From positions 1-49,200 of the forward strand of contig NW_021834546.1 of the NCBI RefSeq assembly GCF_006345805.1: a DNA stretch of 49,200 nucleotides. Direction: 5' to 3'. The stretch's first letter is position 1; every line of letters starts with the position of its first letter. Positions 11,737 through 24,829 of this stretch are shown here, one piece after another. Source of the DNA: Octopus sinensis. Its lineage: Eukaryota. The translations under genes and the position numbers were made by a program. Below the pieces are notes generated by a model. The model did not search any database. It was not told where the DNA came from and saw only the letters and a list, made by a program, of their open reading frames with translations.

Positions 11737-12091
11737 AATTACAAAGTGAGATAGGGGTTATGAGTGTAACCCACTATGGGATATCATTTATCCAATATAC
11801 TGCCAGTAAAGTACCCAGAAAGGCTAATACATAAATGCTAAGAATTGCAATGCAATGAATTCATTTATTGTATTATATGGGCGAAGGTAAAATGTTTTAC
11901 CTCAAATTCATAATACAAAATAAGAAAATGGAGGAATAGATTTTTTTCAATCATCAACTACTAGATAATACCAATTCATATAATTTATTAACTAATTATT
12001 TAGGAACATCCAGATTAAACAGAATAATACAGAATAAAACATCAATAAGTAAGATAATACCATAAGAACAATACATATAAATATAAAATGG

Positions 12092-12221
12092 ATCTTACAG
12101 CTGTTTCAGCCTGGAGCTAAGAGTATCTCATTATGCTCATATTAGTCAGATGTATGTATTGAGGTAATATGCAGTTATAAATGAGCTACTTATATATATA
12201 TCTCAAGGCCTCGTCAGAGAT
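12092..12221 (-). ncRNA. Type I hammerhead motif (second family), probably a PLE pLTR remnant
   Basis: ATCT-CTGACGA-GGCCTTGAG...CTCCAGGCT-GAAAC-AGCT-GTA-AGAT; 4-bp stem I, palindromic ACAGCTGT stem III, GUA site. Confidence 0.7.
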
Positions 12222-12459
12222 TATAAAGTACAATTATAAAGGTATAAAATGACATGGGGAGTAGTAGTGAAGGAGGTGGCTTTGTGTCAGGTAATGAGAA
12301 CTTAGAACAGGGGTCAGTTTTGGCATGATTTTTACTTATTTGTTAAACTTTGGTACTTACTTAGTAAGTCTATTATGCCAAACAGCTAAGTTACCTATAC
12401 CAATGTTTAATGGTGGTGAAAGCAAACACAAAGAGACACACACATACACTTATATGCAT

Positions 12460-12490
<31 letters not shown>

Positions 12491-12569
12491 ATTGCAGCAT
12501 GGAAGGTGTTTATAAGCCATTTAAGAAACACACAAAAGCCGTTCGATTTACTTCAACATTTAAGTTTAA

Positions 12570-12619
12570 TTTGTCAAAATATTTTCGTCGCTAAAATCCA
12601 CGACCTGTTCACTGACAAA
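12570..12619 (-). ncRNA. Hammerhead-like motif with G3:C8 core swap
   Basis: TTTGTCA-GTGAACA-G-GTCGT(ggatttta)GCGAC-GAA-AATATT-T-TGACAAA: 7-bp stem I, 5-bp stem II, palindromic stem III. Confidence 0.55.
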
Positions 12620-12659
12620 AATCCGTGCTGCATCTGATAAAATAACAGTTAGTTCGTCA

Positions 12660-13370
12660 TATATATGTACATATGTGTGTATGTATGTATGTATACATGT
12701 GTGTATGTATGTATGTATGCATGTACGTACATACGCCTGTGTATGCATTATGTATGTATGTATGTATGTATATATGTATGTGTGTGTATATGCATGCACA
12801 TACACACTATAAACATAAAGCTATAAACCTGTAGCGATGGATAGATGTAGAGTGACCACTCATCACAATAATATCAAATTTCAACCCCCCCCCGCCGAAG
12901 CCTCGAAGTGATTTACGACCCTTACTCCCAAAACTATACCCTAAAACCTATTATCAGATATTATCTCTATATCACAGAACTTTTGTTTTACTATTGTGCG
13001 TATGTATGTATGTATGTGCGTGTGTATGTACATACGTACGCATGTGCGTATGTATGTATACGCGCACGTATGCATGTGCCCATGTATGTGTGTGCGTACA
13101 TGTACGTGCGTATGTACGTGTGTATGCCCATACGTAGGTATGTATGTATGTTTGTACTCATGTGCTACGTATGTATGTGAGTGTCTAGGAGAATGGGGGA
13201 ATGGGCGTGTCTGTGAGAGTGTGTACATGTGTATGTGTATGTGAACGTATGTCCGTGTACTGGCATGTGTCCGTCCAAGTTGTGTACATGACTGTTACTT
13301 TGTTGAAGGTTGTATACATATTCACATATATGTTTGTATAGACCCACACACATATATATATATGTGTGGG
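12660..13370. repeat. (TATG)n/(TG)n compound microsatellite blocks with short unique spacer
   Basis: Seen directly at about 12660-12810 and 12995-13370. Confidence 0.85.
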
Positions 13371-13537
13371 TGTGTGTTTGTTCCTCTCATCACCGTCTAA
13401 CTGTGAATGGATACAACGCCTAAGTGCAACTGTACGTATCAAACAACGTACGCTCATACGGTTATATATAACTGCACATACGCATTGCAACCTGTATGTA
13501 AGGACGACAAGTAAACGAGAGAGAGAGAGAGGGGTGG

Positions 13538-14203
13538 TTATAGAATAGTCCTTCTGAATAGGATCTGGATGTTACTCCATTCGGACTTTCGGTTGAGAGT
13601 AGGTTTGTATTCTTGTATACAAACAGCTTCTGTGACCTGTCTCAACATTGCATCGGTGGGATGTGTTGATAGGATGTTCAACTTAAGTTTCCCTAAGGAT
13701 CCTTTGTGGCAGTCTACAGCATGTTGGTAGAAGATGGAGTTTGGCTTCCTTTCAATGTAGTTGTCCAGGTATTCTTTGAACCTATCATTGATGCTTCTAG
13801 AAGTCTCACCTATGTATGACTCTGGGTTAGTCGCGCAAGCTCCCTCCTGGCACTTAATCTGGTATACAGTGCCCTTGGTTTTGCAATTTACATGTGGATT
13901 TGTCGAACATACTGCACAATTACTTTGACAGGTGATTCTATCAAATGGATATGATCTGCATAATGCCGATTTGATAGTCCTACCTGTCTTTTCTACAACT
14001 TTAATTTTTTAGGCCAGTAGTGCGCAGGATTTTCTTGAATGCCTTACTTAGCTCGTTCTTAGGTGTGGCATCAACGAACATTACTCTGTGAAATCTCCTG
14101 TTATCGTACCAAGTAACGTTTCTCATCCTTTTGTTGGTGTCCCTCTCTAACCTATTCCAGAACTTGTTGCGGTATAGGGGGCATATACCGTTTTCGTCGT
14201 TCC
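13538..14203 (-). mobile_element. 5'-truncated PLE (Neptune-like Cys-rich linker), GIY-YIG C-terminus
   Basis: PLYRNKFW...WY...VMFVDATP...KIKVVEKTG...C-x3-C-x2-C...GTVYQIKC...YIGETSRSINDRFKEY...QHAVDCH...EAVCI...LNRKSEW; CCHH residues present; one +1 A near 14005. Clade label is inference. Confidence 0.85.
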
Positions 14204-15399
14204 TTGGTACGATAACAGGAGATTTCACGGAGTAATGTTCGTTGACGCCACACCTAAGAACGAGCTAAGTAAGGCATTCAAGAAAATCCTGCACACTACA
14301 TATAACCCACTGTCTGCCAAACTTTTAAGAGGTGAGGAAGCATTGGAGGAGGTGGTGAACAAAAGGTTATAGTGAGACAGATACAGATGTCTTGCTGTAG
14401 AGGAAGTACATGGTTACCAGGCTGGAAAGAGAAAGATCAGGAATAAAGACAGAAACAAGTGTGCTACCACAAAGAAAATACATGGTAGCCCAACTTGAGG
14501 GAAGTGCAAGAGATAGAGAGAGAGAGAGAGAAAATGGGAGATTGCAGGATAGAGATAATGGCAAAATGCCAGGCATACTCACAAGGAATGGGGATCAAGT
14601 ATAAATGAGATGGTTGAGTAAAGGAAGAGAGAGATATAGATAGTGGTAAGTGACAGGATATTATGAAGGGAGTACGAGTAAGTGGCGAAAGACCTGGGTA
14701 TATATACAGTTGGAGGGGCTACTGGGTAGCAATGACACAGAGGAACAGGGGTGTGAGGACAAGATTGGGGAGTGAGAGCTAGGCATAGTGAATGAAGGAG
14801 GAAATGTGAGAAAGAGATGAGTTGTAAATTGATTTGTTGGGGTAGGGTGAGGGAAACGTTTTCTTGTTAAATGTGGGTGGAACACCCAGATGGCAATAAT
14901 AGAGTGAGAAAAGGCATGTAGGGGCAAGTAGAGAGCAATGATACAGTGGCACTGGGCCAAGAGGACAAGATTGGGAAGTCGGAGGTAATCATAGTATATG
15001 AAGTGGAAATATGAGGAAGAGAAGGGATGAAGAGATGTAGTTTGGTTTGTTGTGGTAAAGTGTGTGAGAAGTTTTCTCATTATAGTAACAATAAAATAAC
15101 ATTGTTTTATGAACATAGATAATATAATACAATAATAATGTTTTTAGTGAGAAGGATGTAATTGATTTTGAGAAAGAATTTTGTCAAAATGCAGCTCTAA
15201 ATTAATTAAACAAATATGTAACTTCTCATCTACCACCTGTAATCATTCCTGTTTTTTTTTTTTTTTTACTTCATTTCCATATGCACAGAGATAACTAATT
15301 TGCAAAGGTACAATGATCCAAAGGGCGACAGAGATTTAATGGCTGTAGTAGTTAATTGAGGATATTGGCTCCAAAGTAAAATCCAAAATTCTGACAATT

Positions 15400-16892
15400 C
15401 TAGTACAGAAAGCGAAGCTGTGTGCAAAAGGATTGTTTTTCAAGTCTATTGAAATTTTTTCTTGTTAATGTTAATGGCAGGTGTGTATTGTCGTATCTTG
15501 TGAAAGGATTGATAATCCACTCATACATTTGATAATCAAGTGATAGAAAATACTTAGAAAATGATACAGAGAGGTTTTCTACTGCCTTCTGCACTTCTGA
15601 CAAAATTTAAAATTTGTTTGGAAAAGCCTCTACACCTGGGAAGCAATCAAGCTGCAAGTTTTTAACTTTCCTTATCCACAGTTCTAACTTGTTGGTGAAA
15701 GACTTTAATTTGCTTGTAATTGTAATAATATTTTCATTCACTCCTTGCAGAATCACATTTAAAACGTTCAACTTCTCAAAAAGAATTTTCAGCATTGAAG
15801 AAACATTTCAGTTCGCAAAGAGATAAATCAAGAGAGCACTTTTCCTTTCAAGAGCTATGACACTTCTGTATGAAGCAGTAGTAAACACTTAAAATCAGAA
15901 TCTATAGTTTCACATAAGGATACAAAAAGTCTACACTGCAGTGAATGCGATTTTATGTCCATCCTCTCCAGGAGACCATCATATAGAGATTTTGACATCA
16001 AAACTTTGCAGTGAATCAGGCGATGTACAATCTTAACTTGTGAATTTTTTTGTAATACATGAGTCACAAAGCCATTTTTTTCAACCCTGCATGGATGGAG
16101 TGCCATCAATGCAAACACTAATACAAGTTTTCCACTGCATCCCTCTCAATACGACAATTTGGTTTACCAAATTAAAGACATCTCCTGTCATTCTTTCCTT
16201 CAATTCACAACTGATTTTACCACCTCTGATGATTAGCAGAAATGAAATTAGTTGAGCTTTGCTGCTGATGTCTGTACTTTCATTAATTTGCAAGCCCACA
16301 AGTTTTTGAGTTCATTTTTTGCTTCAGTGAAATGTTCATGGAGCTGATCATCATTGTCTCATGAAATGTCTTGAATTTTATGAGAAACTGTGTGGGCAGA
16401 CAAAGGAATGGTCTTAATTTGTTTGATGGTTTCATCACTAATCATTGTGCCAATGACGATCTCCAAGACTGGTAAAATAATGTTTCCGGCATCAAAATGT
16501 GTTATTTTCTTCTTTGCCAAAAGCTGGGCAATCTTGCAACTAGCAATTTGAGCTTTCTTGGGAATTGAGAGAATTTTCTTTAGCCTTTTTTATTGAATTT
16601 TAAAATTATTTTTTACCATCTCAAAGTATTATTTTGGTTTGTTCTTATGTTGCGGATGATTTGTTATTAAATGACGTTAAAGTTTACTGGGAACCATTAC
16701 TTCATTTCAGGGTACTGTTAAACAAATCATACAAAAAGGAACTGAGATATCTTTTTTCAATGATATAAAACCATATTGAATGTAATTTTCATTATATTTT
16801 TGTTCTGAGGTGGACTTTTTATTCTGGTGTTTGTCTTGTTTGCTATGACTCTCTTTCACATTTTTCTGAGGTCGCAATAAAAATTTGTCCAT
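15400..16892 (-). pseudogene. hAT (Charlie/Buster, ZBED5/FAM200-like) transposase remnant
   Basis: KYNENYIQYGF...PFCMIC (BED finger start), LQINESTDIS, CIDGTPSMQG, LKILFEKLNVLNVILQG, EWIINPF. Many stops; no TIRs found. Confidence 0.82.
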
Positions 16893-17077
16893 GTTTAAAT
16901 CTAAAACTAAAAATCAATTAAAATTAACATAAAATAACTTATGTAAATTTTAATGTAGTATGTTGTAGCAAAACTGCTGTTCATCATGTAACGTAATTTA
17001 TATTTACTGTATTTTACAAATTATATAATTAATTTCCATCCATCCATCCACCCATCCACACATACATATATCAGAAT

Positions 17078-17312
17078 AGGAGATTGGAAAAATTTTTTGG
17101 GTATTATTTATTCACCATTACACATATTTCACTTGCTAATAGGAGTTACAAAATTGTACACATAGGACATCTGTCATTGGATTCTCGGTCTAAAAAATTT
17201 CTAATAGATGTTCTACATGTTTTTCCTACATGTACAATTTCGCAACTCCTATTATCAAGTGAAACATGTGTAATGGTGAATAAATAATACCAAAAATATT
17301 TTCCAATCTCCT
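17078..17312. mobile_element. Foldback/MITE with ~90-bp inverted arms
   Basis: AGGAGATTGGAAAA...GTATTATTTATTCACCATTACAC... mirrored by ...GTGTAATGGTGAATAAATAATACC...TTTTCCAATCTCCT. Confidence 0.7.
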
Positions 17313-17340
17313 GTTTAGATGTGTGTGTGTGCAGACAAGG

Positions 17341-17374
<34 letters not shown>

Positions 17375-17945
17375 ATATATACACGTACATGCTTATATGT
17401 TTACAAATTGGTATTTGTGGATGTATGAATCCACTGATATCAAATCATAAATCAACCCAAGTGACTAGATAACAATTGTATGCTGCCTTAGCAATGTATG
17501 AGTGAACACATGCATTAGCCTGTTGGCTGATGTCTGTGTGTGGTGCTGGTGAAAATGGGTAAACGAGTTTTATATGTGTATGCATGGACATGTGTATGTA
17601 TATCTATTCATATAAAATAGAAGTCACCTAGGATCAGTCTGAATGTCTTCATGTTTTGTTTCTTGCTTCATTGATGGTTGTTTTATTGTTTAAAGATTTT
17701 ATTTAATGTTTTTCATTATCAGTGTAAAGCATAATATTTGATTCACTTGTCTATTTATAAGCGAAGTGTTCTTCATTCTAACTCATGTTTCTCCTGTATG
17801 TGAGTGGCTACAGGCAAATACCAGAAAGTATGCTAATCAAAATAAGTGAAATATAGATTAAAGTACAAGGTACCTTTTGACAAATCACTTGATAAGACAC
17901 ATCTGCATCAAAAGATACACCACAAGTATTTGTACAGAATCTCAC

Positions 17946-18057
17946 CTGCGAAGAACTGATGCTCAATGGGTTGAAATGATTGTAGTGATTAATAAAGACT
18001 CTCATGAATTCCATTTCTTTCTCTTTTATATTACAAACTTTAGACATGAAGGTATTC
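17946..18057 (-). CDS. Candidate host-gene exon, unidentified protein (xNTFMSKVCNIKEKEMEFMRVFINHYNHFNPLSISSSQ)
   Basis: Acceptor TTTACTTCAG, donor CAG|GTGAGA, only one open frame (phase 2 to 0). Not phase-compatible with the 33.5-kb exon without an intervening exon. Confidence 0.3.
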
Positions 18058-18099
18058 CTGAAGTAAATCCATTGGCATTTATATCCATAATGTTGATGA

Positions 18100-19390
18100 C
18101 ATTAGGTAGCTGAATACAGTGAACAGACTTTAAACAGCATACTACAAGGTGTATACCCAAATTTAAAATTGTTATTTATACATATGTATACATATATGAA
18201 AGGAAAAGCAGAAAGTAGATCTACCAATGTTTTAAAGTATGAGGTGTTCCAGACTACAAAGAAGTGGATCAGAGAGAATAGAGATATTGTAGGTGAGAAA
18301 TGTGTGTGAATAGATACTGGTATACTTGCACTCAGTGATTCAAAGAAGAAATGTGCATAGAAGTACCACAATGTATGAGAGAAGGAGAGTCTTTCAAATA
18401 TAGACTCAACTGAGGGACTAACAATCACAGTTAACAACAGTATGATAGCTGAGGCAATTAAAGATATGAAGACAGGGAAAGCCCCTGGACCATCAGGAAC
18501 CACCATTGAGATACTTTAAATATCTGGTGGAGAAGGATACAGTCTAGTTATTCATAAAGTAAATCAGGTTATCCCCAATAACTGGTATTATATTTAGCTG
18601 CTACAAGGGTAAAGGTGATGCCTTAGATAGAAACAACTACAGAGGTATCAAACTGCAGGACCAGGTCATAAAAATTAGAAAGAGTTAAAACCCAATTGAT
18701 TAGGATTAAACTAGATGAAATGCAGTTTGATTTTGTTTCTGGGAAATGTACCACAGATACCATCTTAGTAGTGCAACAGCTGCAGGAGAAATATCTAGCC
18801 AAAAGTAAGCCATTATACTTGGCTTTCATCAACTTGGAGAAAGCTTTGACAGAGTCCATTGCTCTCATTTGATGGTCCCTAATGAAGTTAGGATCAGACA
18901 TGCAGCTTGTCAGAGCTGTACAAGCCACGTATAGCAGTACTGTCAACAGAGTGAGAGTCAGCCCTGAGTACAGCGATGAATTTTGTGTACAAGTAGGGGT
19001 TCACCAGAGCTCAGTTCTCAGTCCCCTCTTATTCATCATAGTCCTCCAGGTCATAACAGAGGAATTCAAAATTGGATGCCCATGGGAACTGCTATATGTT
19101 GATGACTTTGCTCTTATAGCAGAATTGGAAAAGAAATTCCAGGTATGGAAGCAAAACCTGGAAAATTAAAGTTAATCTAGCAAAGACCAAAGTTGTTAGC
19201 AAGAAAGCAGTAAGACTCTCTTTCCATCAGGTAAATGGCCCTGCTCAATATGTAGGAAAGGTGTTGGAAGGAATTCCATTTGTTGCACCCGGTGCAAGCT
19301 ATGGACACATAAAAAGTGCAGTAGAATCACAGGCAGATTAAGAGAGAAAGTCATCATTGTATGTGGCAGATGAACCGGAACAATAAGCAC
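18100..19390 (+). mobile_element. Decayed RTE-clade LINE fragment (RT with PHD-like insert)
   Basis: GKAPG, NYRGIKL, VGVHQSSVLSPLLF, LLYVDD, WPCSIC...C..C..W.H..C. Confidence 0.85.
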
Positions 19391-19552
19391 CTTTAAAATA
19401 TGATGAGATATATTTGCATGAATAAATGCTTTGTGTATGTAATTTATTTGAACCTTTAATTAATAAATTAAAGCTTGAAATTCAAAAAAATCTGTTGACT
19501 CAACCTGGTATATGTGTTCTTGCATACACATATAAACAGATGTGTATGTATG

Positions 19553-19596
<44 letters not shown>

Positions 19597-20027
19597 ACAC
19601 ATATGCACCAGCATAGGTACACAGGAGCACAAGTACATCATATATAATGTAAAAGCAAGGGTGGTTACGAATTGCTAGGGAAACGTGGGGAAGAAAGATG
19701 CATGGCTATCGTGGAGATTGTGAGGGCATGGGGAGGGAGTAGAAACAGGAGATAAAATGACAACTTATTTAGTAATTATTATGAGAAATCCTAATTCGTA
19801 ATTGTGTGATGCTAAATGGAGACTCCCAAGAATATTTATTAACTAAAATGGCAATCACCATAAACAGTAAACTATTTTATACCATATACAAGAATCAACA
19901 AATTAACAACATATTACCATAATATTTTAAGGCTGAGGGAATGAGGGATGAGTAGAAGCTAGAGAGTAGATGTTACAAAACAGAATTTAAAACTTAAAAC
20001 TCTTTTTCATTTTTCCAATATAAAATG

Positions 20028-22995
20028 GGTAACTAAACAAAAACAATCAGCCATCCCCTGTATATCATCGCCATCTGAAATCCAGATACAAACTGCTGTC
20101 CTTGAATGCCCATAGTTTATGCAACAAGGTACATCTTTTTGACTCTTACGGCAAAAGTATCAACCCAGATTTCATCACAGTCACTGAAACATGGGCACAT
20201 TCTGCACTCTGTGATGGGGTTTTCAGCATAGCCGGCTACAACATGTTCCGCAAAGGCCGCATTAACCGCCGTGGAGGGGTTGTGATGGTTTATGTTCGAT
20301 CAAATCTATCGGCAATTCCTTGTGATGATTTGAACCAATCTCAACAGGAAGTATTTTTCTGCAATGACCATGTCAACACTTCTGCTTGATGTTGTTTACC
20401 CCCCCCCCTCCAAAATTATTGTCAAGACACACAACTTTTTTATATCCTCAGAGCTGCTGCCATGAAAACAGCCATTTATGTTTATATTGCAGGGGACTTC
20501 AATTTCCCTGAGATTGATTGGGAGGCCTTCCATTGGCCACAAAGTGCAGCTAATTTCCTTGAACTGGTGCTGAATTCAAATTGGTCCCAAGTCATTACCT
20601 CCCCCACAAGGGGTAACAACACTGTGGATCTGCTACTTACCACTTCTCCTGAAACAATTATTAGTGTCACTACTGAAGAACCTTTAGGTGACTCTGATCA
20701 TTCCATGATCATGGCCGACTTGTCTCTGATTAGTTGTAACAAAAACCACAACCATCTTCAAACTGCCCGCTTTGACTGGAATAAAGCAGACTGGAGCTCT
20801 TATTGTACGGAGCTGCGATGCCCAAACTGGCTCGAATTTTATGCCTCTGGAGATGTGAACACTATACTTCAGAACATTCTGAATTCAATATGGGCGGCAT
20901 GTGCAGCATCGGTACCACGCAAGCACAAAAAAAAACACCCAATAGTGCAATTTGGGAGACTACAGCAGTCCGACTTGCCAGGAAAGAACGCCATAATGCT
21001 GAACAGGAATACAAATTGCACAAATCAGAGATCAACAGGAAAAAGCACAATAGATCAGCCAACCACCTCAAGCAGGTAACAAAAAAGGCAGTGCTTGAAT
21101 TCGAACAACACATAACAACCAACCCTGACAGCAAAGTCTTCTGGAAGTATGTACACTCAAAGCTGAGACCTCACTCTCCAGTTGGTCCTCTTCGCAATCC
21201 CCACACAAGGCAGATTACTGGCAATCCCAAAGAATGTGCAGAAATCATTGCTGGATGCTATGCAGGCATCTTTACTGACGAAGATCAAAATGTTCCATCT
21301 CCATCACCTCTGACACTGGACTCTATATCTACTATGAAGTTTACACCAGCAATGCTACAACGCCACCTTAAGAATAAACGCAACTATGCCTCTCCTGGTC
21401 TCGATGGTGTGACATACCTACTTCTCAAACATGGTGGGTACTTTCTTCTAAACCAGCTTTCACTATTCTTCCAATTCAGTCTTGACAATGGTGTTACTCC
21501 AGAGTAGTGGAAAACTGCCAGTGTTATCCCTCTGTTAAAAAAAGGTGACCGCACATCGCCTGTCAACTATCGCCCCAATAGTCTTACTAGCTGCATCGCC
21601 AAACTGATGGAATCCTGTGTCAGAGAAACCCTCTGGAACTTCTGGAAGTCTCACAGCCTCATCCAGCCGTCACAATTTGGTTTTATTCCTAACTCCAGCT
21701 GCTGTAATCAACTCATTGAGTTTCTTGAAGACATTACCCAAATCACTGATCGCGGATCCTGGGTGGATGTTGTTTACCTGGACTTTGCTAACGCTTTTAA
21801 CTCTGTGCCACACAAAAGACTTATGGTGAAACTCTCTGCATTGGGTGTAAGAGACGATCTCTATAACTGGTTGAAGTCCTTTATTATCGGCCGAAAAGAG
21901 GTTGTCACAGTTCTAGGACAGCACTCTTCACCCTATGAGATGACATTTGGTGTACCACAGGGATCTGTTCATGGCCCCCTTTTATTTGTTGCATATGTTA
22001 ATGGCAGATGCCAACTTAAAGAATGCCACAGTGCTGAAATATGCAGATGACCTCGAAATAAAGAGGTCAGATCCTGTACACTATAGATCTCTATTGCAAT
22101 CAGACCTGGACACAATGCACAGCAGTGGATCATGGACTGGCAACTCAAGCTGGCTGTGGACAAATGTACCACCATGCATTTTGGGAGGAAAAACCCAGCG
22201 TCTACTTACTCCCTCCACAACACTAATCTCAAAAAGTCTTCGTGTGAACGTGACCTGGGCGTTATTTTCGACAGCGATTTGCGTTGGACAAAACACATCG
22301 CTAAAATTGCTAAGAAGGCTGAGGGTGTCTTGGCATCACTCACCAAGTCCTTTGTGAGCTGCTCTCCGGCTATCTATCTGCGGCTTTATATAGCTATGGT
22401 ACGACCTCACCTGGAATTTGCATCACCGGTCTGGAACCCCTATCTTGCCCAGAATATTAATCGTCTGGAAGCCGTTCAGTGACGTGCAACCAAGAGAATA
22501 CCCATCATCAGGCATTTGCCATATTCTGAACGCCTTACTTCCCTGGGCATGGACACATTGAAACTCTGACGTCTGGCAGCTGACTTGGCAGACACCCATA
22601 AAATTATTAACCATCTTACAAACAATAACTCTGAGCACCTTTTCAAACTCCACCTGTCTAACACTTGTGGACATGTTTACAAAGTCAGAAAACAGCACAG
22701 CTCCCATGATTTTTGGAAACATTTTTTCACGCTAAGAGTTGCTGAAGCATAGAACAGACTGCCGGCATCAGTTGCTAGTTGTCGGAGGACTGCATCCTTC
22801 AAAACTTCCATGCTTCCTGAGATTCGCCAACACTACACCTGATTTTCTCCCCTCCATACACACGCAAGCATGTATCTGACTATACACTGTTCACTTTCCA
22901 GACATTTGTACATTACTGCATATACTTTATACGCACTTTTTGACAAGCTGTGGTGCACCAGAGCACTGTATACAATAATTTCATTATATTATATT
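20028..22995 (+). mobile_element. CR1-group LINE, 5'-truncated just upstream of ORF2, with 10-bp TSD
   Basis: APE (ITVTETW, GDFNFP, SDH) and RT (QFGF, YLDFANAFNSV, GVPQGS, YADD, ERDLGV) in broken frames; (ATTAT)n tail; ATATAAAATG at 20018-20027 and 22996-23005. Confidence 0.9.
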
Positions 22996-23029
22996 ATATA
23001 AAATGAGAAAAATGACATTTATATGTTAG

Positions 23030-23170
23030 GCATGGTCGTGTGGTTAAGAAGTCACCTTTGCTACCACAGGGTTCTAGGTTCATTCCCATCGCGTAGTACA
23101 CTGGGCAAGCTTCTTCTCATACAGTTCTGAGATAACCAAATGTCTTGTTAGCGAATTTGGTAGATGGCAT
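23030..23170 (+). mobile_element. Decayed tRNA-derived SINE 5' part
   Basis: GTGTGGTTAAG...GGTTCATTCCC...TGGGCAAG...GAATTTGGTAGATGG, similar to 47229-47380. Confidence 0.55.
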
Positions 23171-23899
23171 GTGGTGTGTGTGTGCATGTATAGATATATA
23201 TATATACATTCATACACAGGGTGTTTGGGCCAAATTTGATTATTTCTTTATGACTCCTTTTTGCAGGAACAGCTTGATTTATTGGAGAACAGTCAACACT
23301 GATGAGAGTATAAAGATTAAAGCTGCAGTTGAGAAAAAGTTAGCTGACATGGAGGGCTGGAAGCCATCTGAGTGTTGAAAGAAGTTACCTGTACATGATG
23401 ATTTGTGCTGAGTATCAAAATGCAACATCACAACTGCTGCTCAATGATCTGTGAACACTTTAAATGCTGTAAGACACGACATGTACAGCTGCAACAGAGA
23501 TGACAAAGAGGTGGCCAGTGTGAAGGGACACAGGAGGTATTCTGTGTCCATATACATATATTGTTGTATCAATAATAATAATACACCTACTGGTTCAATA
23601 TCACTTCTTTATTATTAGTTAATTGGTTAAATATCTAACCAACTAACTAATTGACTGTTTGGTTAGCATTCAAACTGGCCAAATCCAACCAAAATAATCT
23701 CCCCTTTATTTGTTCAAATCAGCTATAACCAGCTGTAATTGACTTCTGTATGAAATTGATAAAAAAAATAAACAATCATGTTATTGAACTTTCATAGCTT
23801 TGTGATAATGTGAGATAAAGCCTTTCTGCCTTTACTCAAGTATAAATACTGTGAAATTTTTTAGACCACATGACTTTTTCAACATTGGAAGTGAAGTGT

Positions 23900-24185
23900 C
23901 TATATGGTGTCAGTAAGTAGAAATTCTGAATTTGAAGGTTTTACACTTGATGATATACGAAATGTAAAAGGAAACAAAATAGTGAGTGGTCTTCAGATGA
24001 ATCTGATATTGATATTAATGAAGTTTCATCAGATGATGATGAAGATTTCGACAGTGAGAGTGAAGAAAATGACAACATTCAAAACATTACAGCAACATGG
24101 TTGAAAATTACATCAACCACAATTCCAGGTTCTACAGAAAAGACTGGTCCATAACACAATTTACCTCCTGATGCTCAACACTTGA
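23900..24185 (+). pseudogene. Possible piggyBac-type transposase N-terminal acidic region
   Basis: NSEFEGFTLDD...SSDESDIDINEVSSDDDEDFDSESEE...W...TGP..LPP resembles PGBD N-termini; no TTAA ends or catalytic domain seen. Confidence 0.35.
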
Positions 24186-24187
24186 GT

Positions 24188-24472
24188 TCATCATCATCAT
24201 CATCATTTAATGACCACTGTCCATGCTGGCATGGGTCGGATGGTTTGACCAGTGCTGGCAAGCTTGGAGGCTGCACTGGACTACAGTCTGATTTGGCATG
24301 GTTTCTATGACTGGATGCTCTTCCTAACGCCAACTACTCTGAGAGTGTAGTGGGTGCTTTATATGTCACTGGCATGACATTTGCATGACACTGGTATCTG
24401 TCAAGACTGCGATTTTACTTGGCTTGATGGGTCTTCTTCTGAAGCATAGCATAATGCCAAAGGTCTTGGTCA
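24188..24472 (-). mobile_element. RTE 3' end, left half of a copy split by the TIR transposon
   Basis: (CAT)n tail and RTE 3' UTR ending ...GCCAAAGGTCTTGGTCA; continues at 32377 as CTCGGTCATTTGTCATTGCC. Confidence 0.75.
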
Positions 24473-24829
24473 GGTCAAACTAAAGTGTTTGACCAGAGCA
24501 AAAAATAAATTAAAAACTAGTGTAATAGGTGTAAAATAAAAATGCACTCACGAACGGGGGTGGGGGAGAGGACTCGGAAAGTTCACATCGTGAATGTTCC
24601 AAGTCATCTCACCACAGCCCCCCAAAAAAATGGTGTAATAGGTGTAAAACAACTTGCTGTAAACAAATATAAAAAAAAATGTGTGCTCATGAACAGGGGT
24701 GGAGAGAGGACTCGGAAAATTCACATCGTTAGACCATGACCATTAAACTCCAGTGTTTGACCCGAGCAAAAATAAATTAAAAATTAGTGTAATAGGTGTG
24801 CAACAAATGAGGCATTTGGCTATTGTGAA

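Noticed and set aside
23215-23570. Possible Tc1/mariner fragment starting CAGGGTGT
   Set aside because: No matching right TIR and no DDE/D motif.
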